From Balanoglossus misakiensis (lineage: Eukaryota > Animalia > Hemichordata), in the NCBI GenBank assembly GCA_040954595.2, contig CM082586.2, forward strand, positions 6,062,509-6,126,508: 64,000 nt of DNA, written 5' to 3'. How positions within the stretch are numbered: position 1 is the stretch's first letter; each line of letters begins with the position of its first letter. The translations under genes and the position numbers were made by a program. This document shows positions 39,201 through 53,470 of the stretch, piece by piece. A model generated the notes under the pieces. It had not been told where the DNA came from. It worked only from the letters and a program-made list of their open reading frames with translations, and searched no databases.

Positions 39201-42200
39201 AAGAAATTTTGATATCTCGGAAAGTCGAAAAATTGTCATTTTTGGGTGATTTTCATGGGCTATAACCCATGCTTTTTTCAAAAAAATGAAGAAATTTTGA
39301 TATCTCGGAAAGTCGAAAAATTGTCATTTTTGGGTGATTTTCATGGGCTATAACCCATGCTTTTTCGGAAAGTCGAAAAATTGTCATTTTTGGATGATTT
39401 TCATGGGCTATAACCCATGCTTTTTTCAAAAAAATGAAGAAATTTTGATATTCGGAAAGTCGAAAAATTGTCATTTTTGGATGATTTTCATGGGCTATAA
39501 CCCATGCTTTTTTCAAAAAAATGAAGAAATTTTGATATCTCGGAAAGTCGAAAAATTGTCATTTTTGGATGATTTTCATGGGCTATAACCCATGCTTTTT
39601 TCAAAAAAAATGAAGAAATTTTGATATCTCGGAAAGTCGAAAAATTGTCACTTTTGGATGATTTTCATGGGCTATAACCCATGCTTTTTTCAAAAAAATG
39701 AAGAAATTTTGATATCTCGGAAAGTCGAAAAATTGTCATTTTTGGATGATTTTCATGGGCTATAACCCATGCTTTTTTCAAATAAATGAAGAAATTTTGA
39801 TATCTCGGAAAGTCGAAAAATTGTCATTTTTGGATGATTTTCATGGGCTATAACCCATGCTTTTTTCAAAAAAATGAAGAAATTTTGATATCTCGGAAAG
39901 TCGAAAAATTGTCATTTTTGGATGATTTTCATGGGCTATAACCCATGCTTTTTTCAAAAAAATGAAGAAATTTTGATATCTCGGAAAGTCGAAAAATTGT
40001 CATTTTTGGATGATTTTCATGGGCTATAACCCATGCTTTTTTCAAAAAAATGAAGAAATTTTGATATCTCGGAAAGTCGAAAAATTGTCATTTTTGGATG
40101 ATTTTCATGGGCTATAACCCATGCTTTTTTAAAAAAAATGAAGAAATTTTGATATCTCGGAATGTCGAAAAATTGTCATTTTTGGATGATTTTCATGGGC
40201 TATAACCCATGCTTTTTTCAAAAAAATGAAGAAATTTTGATATCTCGGAAAGTCGAAAAATTGTCATTTTTGGATGATTTTCATGGGCTATAACCCATGC
40301 TTTTTTCAAAAAAATGAAGAAATTTTGATATCTCGGAAAGTCGAAAAATTGTCATTTTTGGATGATTTTCATGGGCTATAACCCATGCTTTTTTCAAAAA
40401 AATGAAGAAATTTTGATATCTCGGAAAGTCGAAAAATTGTCATTTTTGGATGATTTTCATGGGCTATAACCCATGCTTTTTTCAAAAAAATGAAGAAATT
40501 TTGATATCTCGGAAAGTCGAAAAATTGTCATTTTTGGATGATTTTCATGGGCTATAACCCATGCTTTTTTCAAAAAAATGGAGAAATTTTGATATCTCGG
40601 AAAGTCGAAAAATTGTCATTTTTGTATGATTTTCATGGGCTATAACCCATGCTTTTTTCAAAAAAATGAAGAAATTTTGATATCTCGGAAAGTCGAAAAA
40701 TTGTCATTTTTGGATGATTTTCATGGGCTATAACCCATGCTTTTTTCAAAAAAATGAAGAAATTTTGATATCTCGGAAAGTCGAAAAATTGTCATTTTTG
40801 GATGATTTTCATGGGCCATGCTTTTTTAAAAAAAATGAAGAAATTTTGATATCTCGGAAAGTCGAAAAATTGTCATTTTTGGGTGATTTTCATGGGCTAT
40901 AACCCATGCTTTTTCAAAAAAATGAAGAAATTTTGATATCTCGGAAAGTCGAAAAATTGTCATTTTTTGGTGATTTTCATGGGCTATAACCCATGCTTTT
41001 TTCAAAAAAATGAAGAAATTTTGATATCTCGGAAAGTCGAAAAATTGTCATTTTTGGGTGATTTTCATGGGCTATAACCCATGCTTTTTTCAAAATAATG
41101 AAGAAATTTTGATATCTCGGAAAGTCGAAAAATTGTCATTTTTGGGTGATTTTCATGGGCTATAACCCATGCTTTTTTCAAAAAAATGAAGAAATTTTGA
41201 TATCTCGGAAAGTCGAAAAATTGTCATTTTTGGGTGATTTTCATGGGCTATAACCCATGCTTTTTTCAAAAAAATGAAGAAATTTTGATATCTCGGAAAG
41301 TCGAAAAATTGTCATTTTTGGGTGATTTTCATGGGCTATAACCCATGCTTTTTTCAAAAAAATGAAGAAATTTTGATATCTCGGAAAGTCGAAAAATTGT
41401 CATTTTTGGGTGATTTTCATGTGCTATAACCCATGCTTTTTCGGAAAGTCGAAAAATTGTCATTTTTGGATGATTTTCATGGGCTATAACCCATGCTTTT
41501 TTCAAAAAAATGAAGAAATTTTGATATCTCGGAAAGTCGAAAAATTGTCATTTTTGGATGATTTTCATGGGCTATAACCCATGCTTTTTTCAAAAAAATG
41601 AAGAAATTTTGATATCTCGGAAAGTCGAAAAATTGTCATTTTTGGATGATTTTCATGGGCTATAACCCATGCTTTTTTCAAAAAAATGAAGAAATTTTGA
41701 TATCTCGGAAAGTCGAAAAATTGTCATTTTTGGATGATTTTCATGGGCTATAACCCATGCTTTTTTCAAAAAAATGAAGAAATTTTGATATCTCGGAAAG
41801 TCGAAAAATTGTCATTTTTGGATGATTTTCATGGGCTATAACCCATGCTTTTTTCAAAAAAATGAAGAAATTTTGATATCTCGGAATGTCGAAAAATTGT
41901 CATTTTTGGATGATTTTCATGGGCTATAACCCATGCTTTTTTCAAAAAAATGAAGAAATTTTGATATCTCGGAAAGTCGAAAAATTGTCATTTTTGGATG
42001 ATTTTCATGGGCTATAACCCATGCTTTTTTCAAAAAAATGAAGAAATTTTGATATCTCGGAAAGTCGAAAAATTGTCATTTTTGGATGATTTTCATGGGC
42101 TATAACCCATGCTTTTTTCAAAAAAATGAAGAAATTTTGATATCTCGGAAAGTCGAAAAATTGTCATTTTTGGATGATTTTCATGGGCTATAACCCATGC

Positions 42201-44942
42201 TTTTTTCAAAAAAATGAAGAAATTTTGATATCTCGGAAAGTCGAAAAATTGTCATTTTTGTATGATTTTCATGGGCTATAACCCATGCTTTTTTCAAAAA
42301 AATGAAGAAATTTTGATATCTCGGAAAGTCGAAAAATTGTCATTTTTGGATGATTTTCATGGGCTATAACCCATGCTTTTTTCAAAAAAATGAAGAAATT
42401 TTGATATCTCGGAAAGTCGAAAAATTGTCATTTTTGGATGATTTTCATGGGCTATAACCCATGCTTTTTTCAAAAAAATGAAGAAATTTTGATATCTCGG
42501 AAAGTCGAAAAATTGTCATTTTTGGATGATTTTCATGGGCCATGCTTTTTTAAAAAAAATGAAGAAATTTTGATATCTCGGAAAGTCGAAAAATTGTCAT
42601 TTTTGGATGATTTTCATGGGCTATAACCCATGCTTTTTTCAAAAATATGAAGAAATTTTGATATCTCGGAAAGTCGAAAAATTGTCATTTTTGGATGATT
42701 TTCATGGGCCATGCTTTTTTAAAAAAAATGAAGAAATTTTGATATCTCGGAAAGTCGAAAAATTGTCATTTTTGGATGATTTTCATGGGCTATAACCCAT
42801 GCTTTTTTCAAAAATATGAAGAAATTTTGATATCTCGGAAAGTCGAATAATTGTCATTTTTGGATGATTTTCATGGGCTATAACCCATGCTTTTTTCAAA
42901 AAAATGAAGAAATTTTGATATCTCGGAAAGTCGAAAAATTGTCATTTTTGGATGATTTTCATGGGCTATAACCCATGCTTTTTTCAAAAAAATGAAGAAA
43001 TTTTGATATCTCGGAAAGTCGAAAAATTGTCATTTTTGGATGATTTTCATGGGCTATAACCCATGCTTTTTTCAAAAAAATGAAGAAATTTTGATATCTC
43101 GGAAAGTCGAAAAATTGTCATTTTTGGATGATTTTCATGGGCTATAACCCATGCTTTTTTCAAAAAAATGAAGAAATTTTGATATCTCGGAAAGTCGAAA
43201 AATTGTCATTTTTGGATGATTTTCATGGGCTATAACCCATGCTTTTTTCAAAAAAATGAAGAAATTTTGATATCTCGGAAAGTCGAAAAATTGTCATTTT
43301 TGGATGATTTTCATGGGCTATAACCCATGCTTTTTTCAAAAAAATGAAGAAATTTTGATATCTCGGAAAGTCGAAAAATTGTCATTTTTGGATGATTTTC
43401 ATGGGCTATAACCCATGCTTTTTTCAAAAAAATGAAGAAATTTTGATATCTCGGAAAGTCGAAAAATTGTCATTTTTGGATGATTTTCATGGGCTATAAC
43501 CCATGCTTTTTTCAAAAAAATGAAGAAATTTTGATATCTCGGAAAGTCGAAAAATTGTCATTTTTGGATGATTTTCATGGGCTATAACCCATGCTTTTTT
43601 CAAAAAAATGAAGAAATTTTGATATCTCGGAAAGTCGAAAAATTGTCATTTTTGGATGATTTTCATGGGCTATAACCCATGCTTTTTTCAAAAAAATGAA
43701 GAAATTTTGATATCTCGGAAAGTCGAAAAATTGTCATTTTTGGATGATTTTCATGGGCTATAACCCATGCTTTTTTCAAAAAAATGAAGAAATTTTGATA
43801 TCTCGGAAAGTCGAAAAATTGTCATTTTTGGATGATTTTCATGGGCCATGCTTTTTTCAAAAAAATGAAGAAATTTTGATATCTCGGAAAGTCGAAAAAT
43901 TGTCATTTTTGGATGATTTTCATGGGCTATAACCCATGCTTTTTTCAAAAAAATGAAGAAATTTTGATATCTCGGAAAGTCGAAAAATTGTCATTTTTGG
44001 ATGATTTTCATGGGCTATAACCCATGCTTTTTTCAAAAAAATGAAGAAAGTTTGATATCTCGGAAAGTCGAAAAATTGTCATTTTTGGATGATTTTCATA
44101 GGCTATAACCCATGCTTTTTTCAAAAAAATGAAGAAATTTTGATATCTCGGAAAGTCGAAAAATTGTCATTTTCGGATGATTTTCATGGGCTATAACCCA
44201 TGCTTTTTTCAAAAAAATGAAGAAATTTTGATATCTCGGAAAGTCGAAAAATTGTCATTTTCGGATGATTTTCATGGGCTATAACCCATGCTTTTTTCAA
44301 AAAAATGAAGAAATTTTGATATCTCGGAAAGTCGAAAAATTGTCATTTTTGGATGATTTTCATGGGCTATAACCCATGCTTTTTTTAAAAAAATGAAGAA
44401 ATTTTGATATCTCGGAAAGTCGAAAAATTGTCATTTTTGGATGATTTTCATGGGCTATAACCCATGCTTTTTTCAAAAAAATGAAGAAATTTTGATATCT
44501 CGGAAAGTCGAAAAATTGTCATTTTGGGATGATTTTCATGGGCTATAACCCATGCTTTTTTCAAAAAAATGAAGAAATTTTGATATCTCGGAAAGTCGAA
44601 AAATTGTCATTTTTGGATGATTTTCATGGGCTATAACCCATGCTTTTTTCAAAAAAATGAAGAAATTTTGATATCTCGGAAAGTCGAAAAATTGTCATTT
44701 TTGGATGATTTTCATGGGCTATAACCCATGCTTTTTTCAAAAAAATGAAGAAATTTTGATATCTCGGAAAGTCGAAAAATTGTCATTTTTGGATGATTTT
44801 CATGGGCTATAACCCATGCTTTTTTCAAAAAAATGAAGAAATTTTGATATCTCGGAAAGTCGAAAAATTGTCATTTTTGGATGATTTTCATGGGCTATAA
44901 CCCATGCTTTTTTCAAAAAAATGAAGAAATTTTGATATCTCG
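27251..44942 (+). repeat. Homogeneous 88-bp satellite DNA array, about 200 copies (17.7 kb)
   Basis: Unit TCGGAAAGTCGAAAAATTGTCATTTTTGGATGATTTTCATGGGCTATAACCCATGCTTTTTTCAAAAAAATGAAGAAATTTTGATATC. Period checked (27301 vs 27741 = 5x88). Abrupt right edge at about 44942. Confidence 0.99.
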
Positions 44943-45971
44943 TCAAATTTACCACAATTCTCAAAGTCAAGATATACTGAAGAAATTACTGATACTGCCA
45001 AGAGTTATAGCTAATATCCCTTTATTATCACGAAGAAAAAATGTAGAAACTAGCTTGCTAAGTGCATGAAATTGACAGTTTTCACGCAATTTAAGCAATT
45101 AATGTCATTTGCTTTTCAAATCAGTTCCCAATCTTCGGTTGACGAGTGCCTGTATTGCAAATTTATGACAGTTTAATAGAGGGCAAGACCCGAAGCGATT
45201 TTGTCTATTTGTAGTATTGTTAATAGACATTAACGGATCCATTAGTTCCCTGGCCGTACACGTTCATGACACGACGATCATTAATGATAGGTCTTCGAAA
45301 TGTCCATCTCAACTTCTGCCCGAGATGACTGAATGTAAAGACTAATGCATCATGCTGAATGGAACGTCGACACAGCAATCTCTTGAATCCTGAATGAAAT
45401 GCCTGGGTTTCTCGGAATAAAAGTCAAGATTAGACTCTGTCTACTCGACGGCCTCTCGCTCTGGTGTCATTCGAGATGTCACGGAGCTCGTCATGAAGTA
45501 AATTGCCACCAATGCGCCGTGCCCCCGCCAGCAGCCGACTGTCACGTCGCACGAACGTTATTACGTGGAACCCAATTACAAAAGGCAAAAGAGCTATAGA
45601 GGAGTCATTATTCCGTCGAAGATAGATTTCCACCACACCGCGTGAGATTGCTTACTTGTATAATTGGCTGTTTTGTACAGAACACAAATGGTGTTGGTGT
45701 TTTTGTCGTTTTTGGTCATTTTCCATGGTGAAGAGATAAAGATTTGCATAAGCGTTGCTACTCAATGTCACCTTCGCTTCATCTTGATGGCTCAGATGCC
45801 AACATAATCGCGATCTCAAAACAGCAGCCAGAAGATTTAGGGAATATATCCACGTTTAGAGTACACTTCAAGCTCAAATGCTAAATAAAACACTGATATC
45901 TGCGAAAAGATGTTGCAAGACTGATGTGGCGTGCGTAATTGGTCTGTAAGAGAGAAAGGCTTGCTGAAAGC

Positions 45972-45992
45972 GAGAGAGAGACAGAGACAGAC

Positions 45993-46035
<43 letters not shown>

Positions 46036-46156
46036 GAAAGAGAGAGACAGACAGACACACAGAGAGACAGAGACAGACAGACACACAGAGACGGAGACAG
46101 AGAGGCAGACAGACAGACAGACAGACAGACAGATGAGGGGAGGAGAGAGAGAGAGG
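45972..46156. repeat. (GACA)n/(GA)n microsatellite
   Basis: Directly visible; explains the SVCL/TDRQ pseudo-ORFs. Confidence 0.95.
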
Positions 46157-47817
46157 TTCAAATCGATTACTGTGTGTGCTAAACCATGTACTTGTTCTAC
46201 ATCTGAATCTGCACGCCCCCATGGCATCGCTCGCGAGTTAAAACGGTCCAGTTCTAAACCCTCTATAACAGACATTGATCTTACATATAAAACGAGCATG
46301 CCTTGAAAATGGTTCATTTAAAACAATTTCCTGTGCTGGGCAGGAGCCGTATTGCTTCCTATTCACCCGCGGCAGGTTTACATAGGGTACGTAATGAGAC
46401 ATTTAACCAAGACTAGATGCATAGAGCAGTTTGGGGTTAACTGACGTATGCAAATGCCCAAAGTTTGAGTTTAGTTCACGCGCGGAAATAGCAAAGGTCA
46501 CATGACCCCTGGTGAGATTATACCAACCACCTACATAAGGTCCTATGATACACCTGGAGTGATAATGACAACATGCATCAAGTTAAAACGAACCAAGATT
46601 ATCGATTCGTCCTGATATATTCGCTGCAGAGGCTGGAAGTGACGCTGATTATTTCATTTCTCTCACCAGAGGATATGCACGCCAGGGTTCATTAGGTTGG
46701 AGTTTGTGGTTTATTGTATTTCCAGAGTGTTATTGACAAGCTGAACACAGCGCCGATAGTTTTCCCCGTTTCCAGTAGAATATACATCTTTTTCCAAACC
46801 CATCATCCTACAAACCGAATAATTGGGAGAAATGCCCAAAAGACTCGAATAGACATGTGGGATTTTCAACCAGAATAAAAAAAGAAGAAATCGTGATTGG
46901 TTTTGTCGAGCTTAATTGCGTTTAACTCTTAATCTGGCACAAAGAAACACAAACAAACTCGTGTTACTGGTAGACTGACTAACAATCTCGGACTTGGAGA
47001 ACTTGAAGTGGATTTGCAATGGGAATACATGCAACGCCTAAGACACACACTCAACATGCCAATCCCCGCAAAGCACAGACCGTCACATCACAGGAAGGAA
47101 TTAAGACTACACCAGTCGGATTATAGTGAATATTAACTTCGTTGCTGTTTGGTTATTGAAGGGAATCGCTCATTTAAGAACGCCAGGCCTTTACCACACA
47201 CCCGTAACCTGGAAACGACGTCCATTTATGGTTCTTGTAAATAAAAAGAGAAACATAAAAAGAGGCCATACTCTTTGAATCTGTCATAAAATCACATTTA
47301 TTATTCCTATCGCTTTACAGACCTTCTACTTACAGTGTAATAAAATTAAACCAAAATGATTATATTCGCCTATACATTTGACAAGTGAATTTTACTAAAA
47401 TGCCATGTAGAAAAAAACTGGGATCATTTATACAGTGAGTTGTCGACCTTTTACCCAGAATGCAATTATTATAATGTGATTTGACACCCTAGCACGAAGT
47501 AAAAACCTACCAGAATTCGGTGATGGATAATTATCTTGGTATAGCCGCGTTGGTTCGAAGCAGTTATTTCTTCATTTCGCGAACTGCACACCAGAATAAT
47601 GCAACCGGAGGCGAAAAATATCAATCACGGAGACTAATCATTAACTACGATTAAATTAGCTGAAATCAAAATCCGTCTTCATTTTTTTTCTAAAATCCCG
47701 GCGTCGGCTTGATAACGCGACAGTGCAATTATTGATCCATTTTCGGAACGTTTCCCGCCAAAACGACTGATCAAAGCAGCTCTACACGCAATCACTTATA
47801 ATCAAACCAGCCAGACT

Positions 47818-47963
47818 ATCTCTAATTCCAAGTAATTGATTTTGGCGCGCTCCTTGTACTTTGGAAGGTAAACGCCTTTATCCAGATATCAGGACAAATG
47901 CAGCGCTCTCTTCAGCGCCAAAACGGAGCAGCTGATCAAATCTTACATTTGATTAGTGCGAGT
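47818..47963 (-). other. Paralogous conserved intronic element, copy 1 (inverted match to 61869-62016)
   Basis: Hand alignment: 2 substitutions plus one 2-bp indel over 146 bp. Confidence 0.9.
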
Positions 47964-50900
47964 AAGGTTGTCAGTAACAAATTCGTCATTTAAGAGTTGA
48001 CTAAGATTATCGTGACGAAACGTCCGCACACACTGCATCGCCCATGCACAGTGCTGCGTTGGTGTCGCCAACATAACGGAGCGAAAATTAGGACGTAACC
48101 CTTTGCCCAACACGGAAAAAATTTAACGGAAAAATACGCTCGTTATAGTTTTGGTTTGTCCCGGTCTTACATCACGAAACCGACCTGCCGATGCGAGTTG
48201 TCCTGCTAAACTGGTAAAGTCTTACCTTGAAGTCTGTCCATTACGGCCTATAATGAAAATAAATACATGCATTACACCGACTTACGGATGGCACTACCGT
48301 AAACCGCAGCGGCCCACGACAACTCTTATTTGTATTCATGGAAAGCAGCTGGCTTCCGAAGAGTAAAATCAAAGACGTGAATTTTTTTCTCTACCATGAT
48401 TGGCAAAATAATCCTTGAAAAGTCCAAATGAATTGTGTAAACAGCGCACGTCAGTTCTCCTTTGACTCGTAATTGGTAATTCCATAAATCCAAATGAAAA
48501 TACATCGGCTACGCGCTACTTTATTTAACTTCGAATACTGGCAAATAATAGCAACGTAAACCTCAATTTAATATGTCAGAATGCATTATCGATGTGCTGA
48601 GGTACCGACTAATATTGTTACAGTATGGTAAAATGGCAAGAACCATAGAAGAATATAGTAGGGGAAAAACTCCTTTTGAACTGCAATACACGAATAAACG
48701 ATTTTTAACCTGTTTTATAATCATTTGTATTACCTTAGTGTGGAATGGGCATTATGAATTTATCACAGTGTCATTTGATATATAAAATGATATACAGAAG
48801 TCTCCGAATTTATGCATAAATTTCACTGCTGCAAATTTATTCTTCAACTAGTGAGGATTCATACGCGCACGTAAAATCGTGCTTACGGCTCAAAAAACTG
48901 GAAGTCCAAAAAGATTTCGGCGAATAATGATACGTATTCGCGACATGCGGTATTATGGCACGTAAAATGTTTTACGACATTGATAGCAATTATACGAATA
49001 TACGTGACGACACTGGGTAAGATAGTCGCTCTGATACTTGCTTTAATTTTTTTACCTCTGCAGACATTAACAAGGCAATAAACTTCTAACTGATCTGAAA
49101 ATGCTGCATTCCTGAACGTGAAAGGGTGGGGGAGATGATTTCTTCTCTATAAAAACGAAAGATGTGGCACATATGGCTGGTCGGATGTAGTTTAACGCAT
49201 CTCAATTTTCTTCTCACGCCCTGACAGCCTTAACGGGAGTGTTTCATTTTAAATGCCATTCTGATTTCTTTCCCCTACGGAGTATTTTGCTCGTTTTGTC
49301 GGTAATAACAAAACAGTATCTGTCGCTCTCGCTGTCAAGCGATATTCACTCTCACCACAGCTTGCCTGAAAAAATTTAACGTCCCTATGAATTATGTTCG
49401 AAAATGTTGCTTGTAGCAGACGAGACTGGGCTTTCAATTAGATCATACACCGTGGATTCTAGTAACATGCATAGCCGTGGACAAAATCGCCCGAACGTAC
49501 TTCGAAATTGATACTCAGCGCTCGTCGAGAATTCTCAGAAGAGTGTGAGCCGTTAAAACGTGAGTCATAAAGCTATCGTGTGTCGATTCCGAAAATGAGC
49601 ATCAGATGAGTCGTATACGATGATGACGCCTTCATTCGAGCTTCGCTCCTCTCTTCACTTCATGAGGAATAGAAGGATATAAAAGTCATAATATGTGCGT
49701 AAATAAGCCCTTATTTCCCAGTCATTAACTTTCCCACGATTTTCTATAAGTTATGCTAAAACATGAAAAAGCTGCGTCAAAACCCGACGAATGATATTTT
49801 ATTAATACGTTGTTAATTTGCGCACAGGGAATGGCACTATACTGACTGTAATATGTGCACACCGTGTTTGTTTCCTGAGTCGATACTGGTGTTTAATTTT
49901 TTTAGATGTTCTCTATATTGTTTCGGGAAATGTTCCATCTTGAAGGAGTGTGACGTTTTCCGAAAAGGAGATTGGTTTCCTGGTGAATTACGCGCACTTG
50001 AGCAATTCGCAGTCGTTGTCAACACCGAACCTCATCAAATCGATCGCAGGAATTATTATTCTCCAGACAGCAATGGAGGATCCAACGTCCGGGTGAAGTC
50101 ATAAAGTGTGGGCGATCGAGGATTGCCGTCATGACAACTGCTGATTTGCATGCACAAATTAAACACGTCCATAAAAAATAATCAAATTCTCGTTGATACC
50201 TCGACACATGCGATCGGTCGGTCAGATAGAAAAAAATGATCAATGCTAACTATACCGACTTCAAAACAAGATATTTGACGCAATACGCAGAGATTTACGC
50301 ACATCTCGAGTGGGCCGTATACTCAACCGCGGTCCTCGAAAGAAAATTCATCGGTCGCAAATGGAAATAATGTACGCGTATCCCATAGCAACCGATGCCT
50401 GTTTGTGCTTCGTGCGTTAGATTGCATTCCCGGTATACATGTTGTTGATTGTCCTATTCACCAGAACCCGGGTATGCTTACGCACCTCAAGGGTTTACTT
50501 AAATCTCGATAGTTCCAAATCATATTGTTGAACAGTTCCGTCTAGACGGCTCAGCGGAGAGCATGAAAGCCGAGAAGAGCAAACGTAAAATAGGCCCGTA
50601 CGTAAATACTCGGCAAATGAGAAAACGTCCGCTGACGTCACACTGCGCGTTGCATAATTAACGTTCGCATCGTGAGTTATCGTCGGCGTTGTCATCAATG
50701 GCTTGACGGCAGTGCCGGGCGATCGCTCAGCGTCGTCGGCCGTAACCTCCGTGATCCGATCCCGCTTTATATGCAGATAATGCAATTTGGTGACGTAAAG
50801 TGTTCATTTGAAAAAAAGTACCTCAGAAAAAATTGATACGATTGTGTTCTCTTTCAGCAATACCGTGTGGGTTTACACGCGTAGGTGGAGCGAGATATAT

Positions 50901-52428
50901 TTGTTGATCGCGAAAAGGAAAAACACAAAAACAGAAACAACTTTATTGTGCTGACTAAAACATAATGGCTCACCATTCTTTTAATCTCAACTCCAACCAT
51001 AGATGTAAATAAAATAAATAAATAAATAAACACAAAGTTTTAAACAAATCTGGCCATGATGCTATATATATTATGGATACACGCACAAGGAAACAGCGTA
51101 CTGCATTCACGACGATTCTACATGTTTGAGTATACTATATACGAAGAATAAAATAAAAACAGTTCTTGAAACACACAAAAAACTGATATATTTTCAGATT
51201 TCAGACTTGTAAGCTTTTAGGACCATCTTTACTGGAAATCTAAAGAGCTCTATGCGCGTATCAGATGGCAAAGATTGCTAACTCAGCGTGTCTCAGTTCG
51301 TCAGTGACTTTTTGAATTATGAGTTTCGCTTTTGCCAGCCAGATAACTATCCACACGCAAGATCCAATTTCCTGCATGGCATGAAGAGTTCATTCTGCAG
51401 GCTTTAATCCTTTGTGTTTTACTCCCACCTATGCTACTGATTATGCATTAATACAGTCCGCTATCTCGGGAAATCTCTCCTGTAACCATGGAAACTGCAT
51501 GTACCGGTACCAGATGACTCTCCGGGTATCTCGATATGCACGCATGTATAATCTAGATCCGTGACAGAAAACAAAGATAGCGTTTTATCGCGAAAGTTTT
51601 TCCCCCCACTGAACTTTGCAAATCTCGGTACAAATCGACGATCCGTATATCGTTTTGAAATTTCATACGACGCAGTACTGTTATCTGAATAAATATAAGA
51701 TATGTATCAGAATAAACATGACTCCTAGTCACTTTCGATTCCGCTGGCACCATACCCCTTTGAGAGGCGAGTTCGCGAGCCGATGTTTTGTCAAACCAAG
51801 CGATACGTCACGCCATCGAGATATTTCGAAGGGGAACCTCCTTTATAACTTGAACGAAACGTAGCAAGACAGAAAAAGGTGGCACGGTTTCTACAAATCA
51901 TATCTATCGGCAAGACAGGATTATCGCAAGCTGGGCATTTCCAAACTCCTGTAAATCATTAAACCCCCGTAGGGTCCATCATACAATGAGATGTTGAACT
52001 CATAGCTGTAATTTCTTGTTCACTAGACATCTTGTTCACGTGAAGCATGCGTGGACCCAGAACCGTTCTCCTCTATCTCTGTCCTTCGAATCTCAATGCA
52101 TGCGCACCTGCAAATGTGTTTGTCCAGTGACAGATTTCACTTTACTTACAACAACGCTGGAACGGAGGCTCAATTTCCTTCGAAAGAAAAGCGACTTGAA
52201 AACCCATCGATCCCTCAGACCTACGCACAGAGGATTGGTTTCTATAATTGAACTGGTGATCCGGTTACATTTCCACAAAAGCGCCGAGTTTGGCATTTGT
52301 TTGTCGTCGTAAGACCTGTACTTACCTGATATCTTGTGTTCGCCAATTCGGAGTATTGCCGTGTCGATCTTCGGTACAATATGAATTAAAGTTATGTATC
52401 ACTCTGTGATCAACCAGTTGAAATTACA

Positions 52429-52469
52429 GCATGAGCTTTCGGGAACATGTAGTCCCCTTCTTCAGATGC
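52429..52469 (-). ncRNA. Minimal type-I hammerhead ribozyme (Penelope-type), copy on minus strand
   Basis: Exact reverse complement of 52837-52877. Confidence 0.75.
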
Positions 52470-52836
52470 ACTCGTGGAATGAACAGAGAAACAGAGAATC
52501 ATGGGGTATTCAAAGTAGAAAATATGCGCAGGACCAGTTGCATCAGAAAACAAAAGAAGGGGTGGGTGTGAAAATTGAACAATGGAAATGTTAATGGGTG
52601 CAAATGTGTAAATGGGGTAGTGGACTGCAGAAAACTGAGGGCTGTCACGGTAAAGTCAGTCCTCAGTTTTCTGCAGTCCACTACCCCATTTAACATTTGC
52701 ATTCCCATTAACATTTCCATTGATCAATTTTCACACCCACTCCTTCTTTTGTTTTCCGAGGCACCTGGTCCTGCACATATTTTCTACTTTGAATACCCCA
52801 TGATTCTCTGTTTCTCTGACGGTTCATTCCACGAGT

Positions 52837-52877
52837 GCATCTGAAGAAGGGGACTACATGTTCCCGAAAGCTCATGC
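52837..52877 (+). ncRNA. Minimal type-I hammerhead ribozyme (Penelope-type)
   Basis: Stem I GCAU/AUGC; core CUGAAGA(A); stem II GGGGAC-UACAU-GUUCCC; GAAA; minimal palindromic stem III (AGCU); UC cleavage site predicted after 52873. Confidence 0.75.
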
Positions 52878-53401
52878 TGTAATTTCAACTGTTGATCAAA
52901 GAGTGCTACGTAACTTTAATTCATTATGTTCGCCAGTAATACTTACACAACGACACACAAAAAGCTTCGGTATACGTATTGTCCATAAGGGACTGGAAAT
53001 ACATGCGATCCCAGCGCTTAATAACTTGCATATCTTGTGTCTCGATCGCAGCGCTTAGCTTTGGAACAGTACAGTGGATACGACAGTGGTTTATTTTCGT
53101 CGTTTCGCTTTCCTAGAATTCAATGATTTCTCATTCTGAATTTAAATGAACTTTGGCCACGCAATGGAAATAGACATTTCGTATTATAAATAACACTGGT
53201 TAACTATAAGTTCAGACTGATAAATCCAAGGTGATCCAAATAATTGCAGTTCGTTTTGTAAGTAACGTTCTTATAGCACTGAATTAATCTGTTGTGGATA
53301 CTTAAAATCGATTTTTGTACTCAAGATTTTGACTTACATCCTCTTTGTTGACATTGAATAATGCATTGAGGCAAGCTTCAAGAAACACATGATCAATTTC
53401 G

Positions 53402-53470
53402 AATTTCCGTTAATTACTTTGCCTTTAAGTACAGCTTTTTTTTCCTGGAGAGTTATCGGGTGATTGAGTG
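53402..53470 (-). other. Second paralogous conserved intronic block, copy 1 (inverted match to 57430-57498)
   Basis: Shares the identical words CACTCAATCACCCGATAACTC and AAGGCAAAGTAATTAACGGAAATT. Confidence 0.8.

Larger units (their letters stand above)
52381..52924. mobile_element. 544-bp palindromic (fold-back) element, probably derived from Penelope-like retroelement pLTRs
   Basis: Arms 52381-~52644 and ~52657-52924 are near-perfect reverse complements. Each arm carries the GCATCTGAAGAAG...CGAAAGCTCATGC hammerhead signature typical of Penelope-like pLTRs. Confidence 0.8.

Noticed and set aside
27251-44942. CRISPR array, or repeat-protein ORFs (MKKAWVIAHENH…, MIFMGYNPCFF…)
   Set aside because: There are no unique spacers, and 88 is not a multiple of 3; the ORFs arise only at chance indels in the satellite.
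45837-46317. ORFs with SVCL/TDRQ repeats (also 57487-57942 MYVC/HTYI)
   Set aside because: They are translations of microsatellites.
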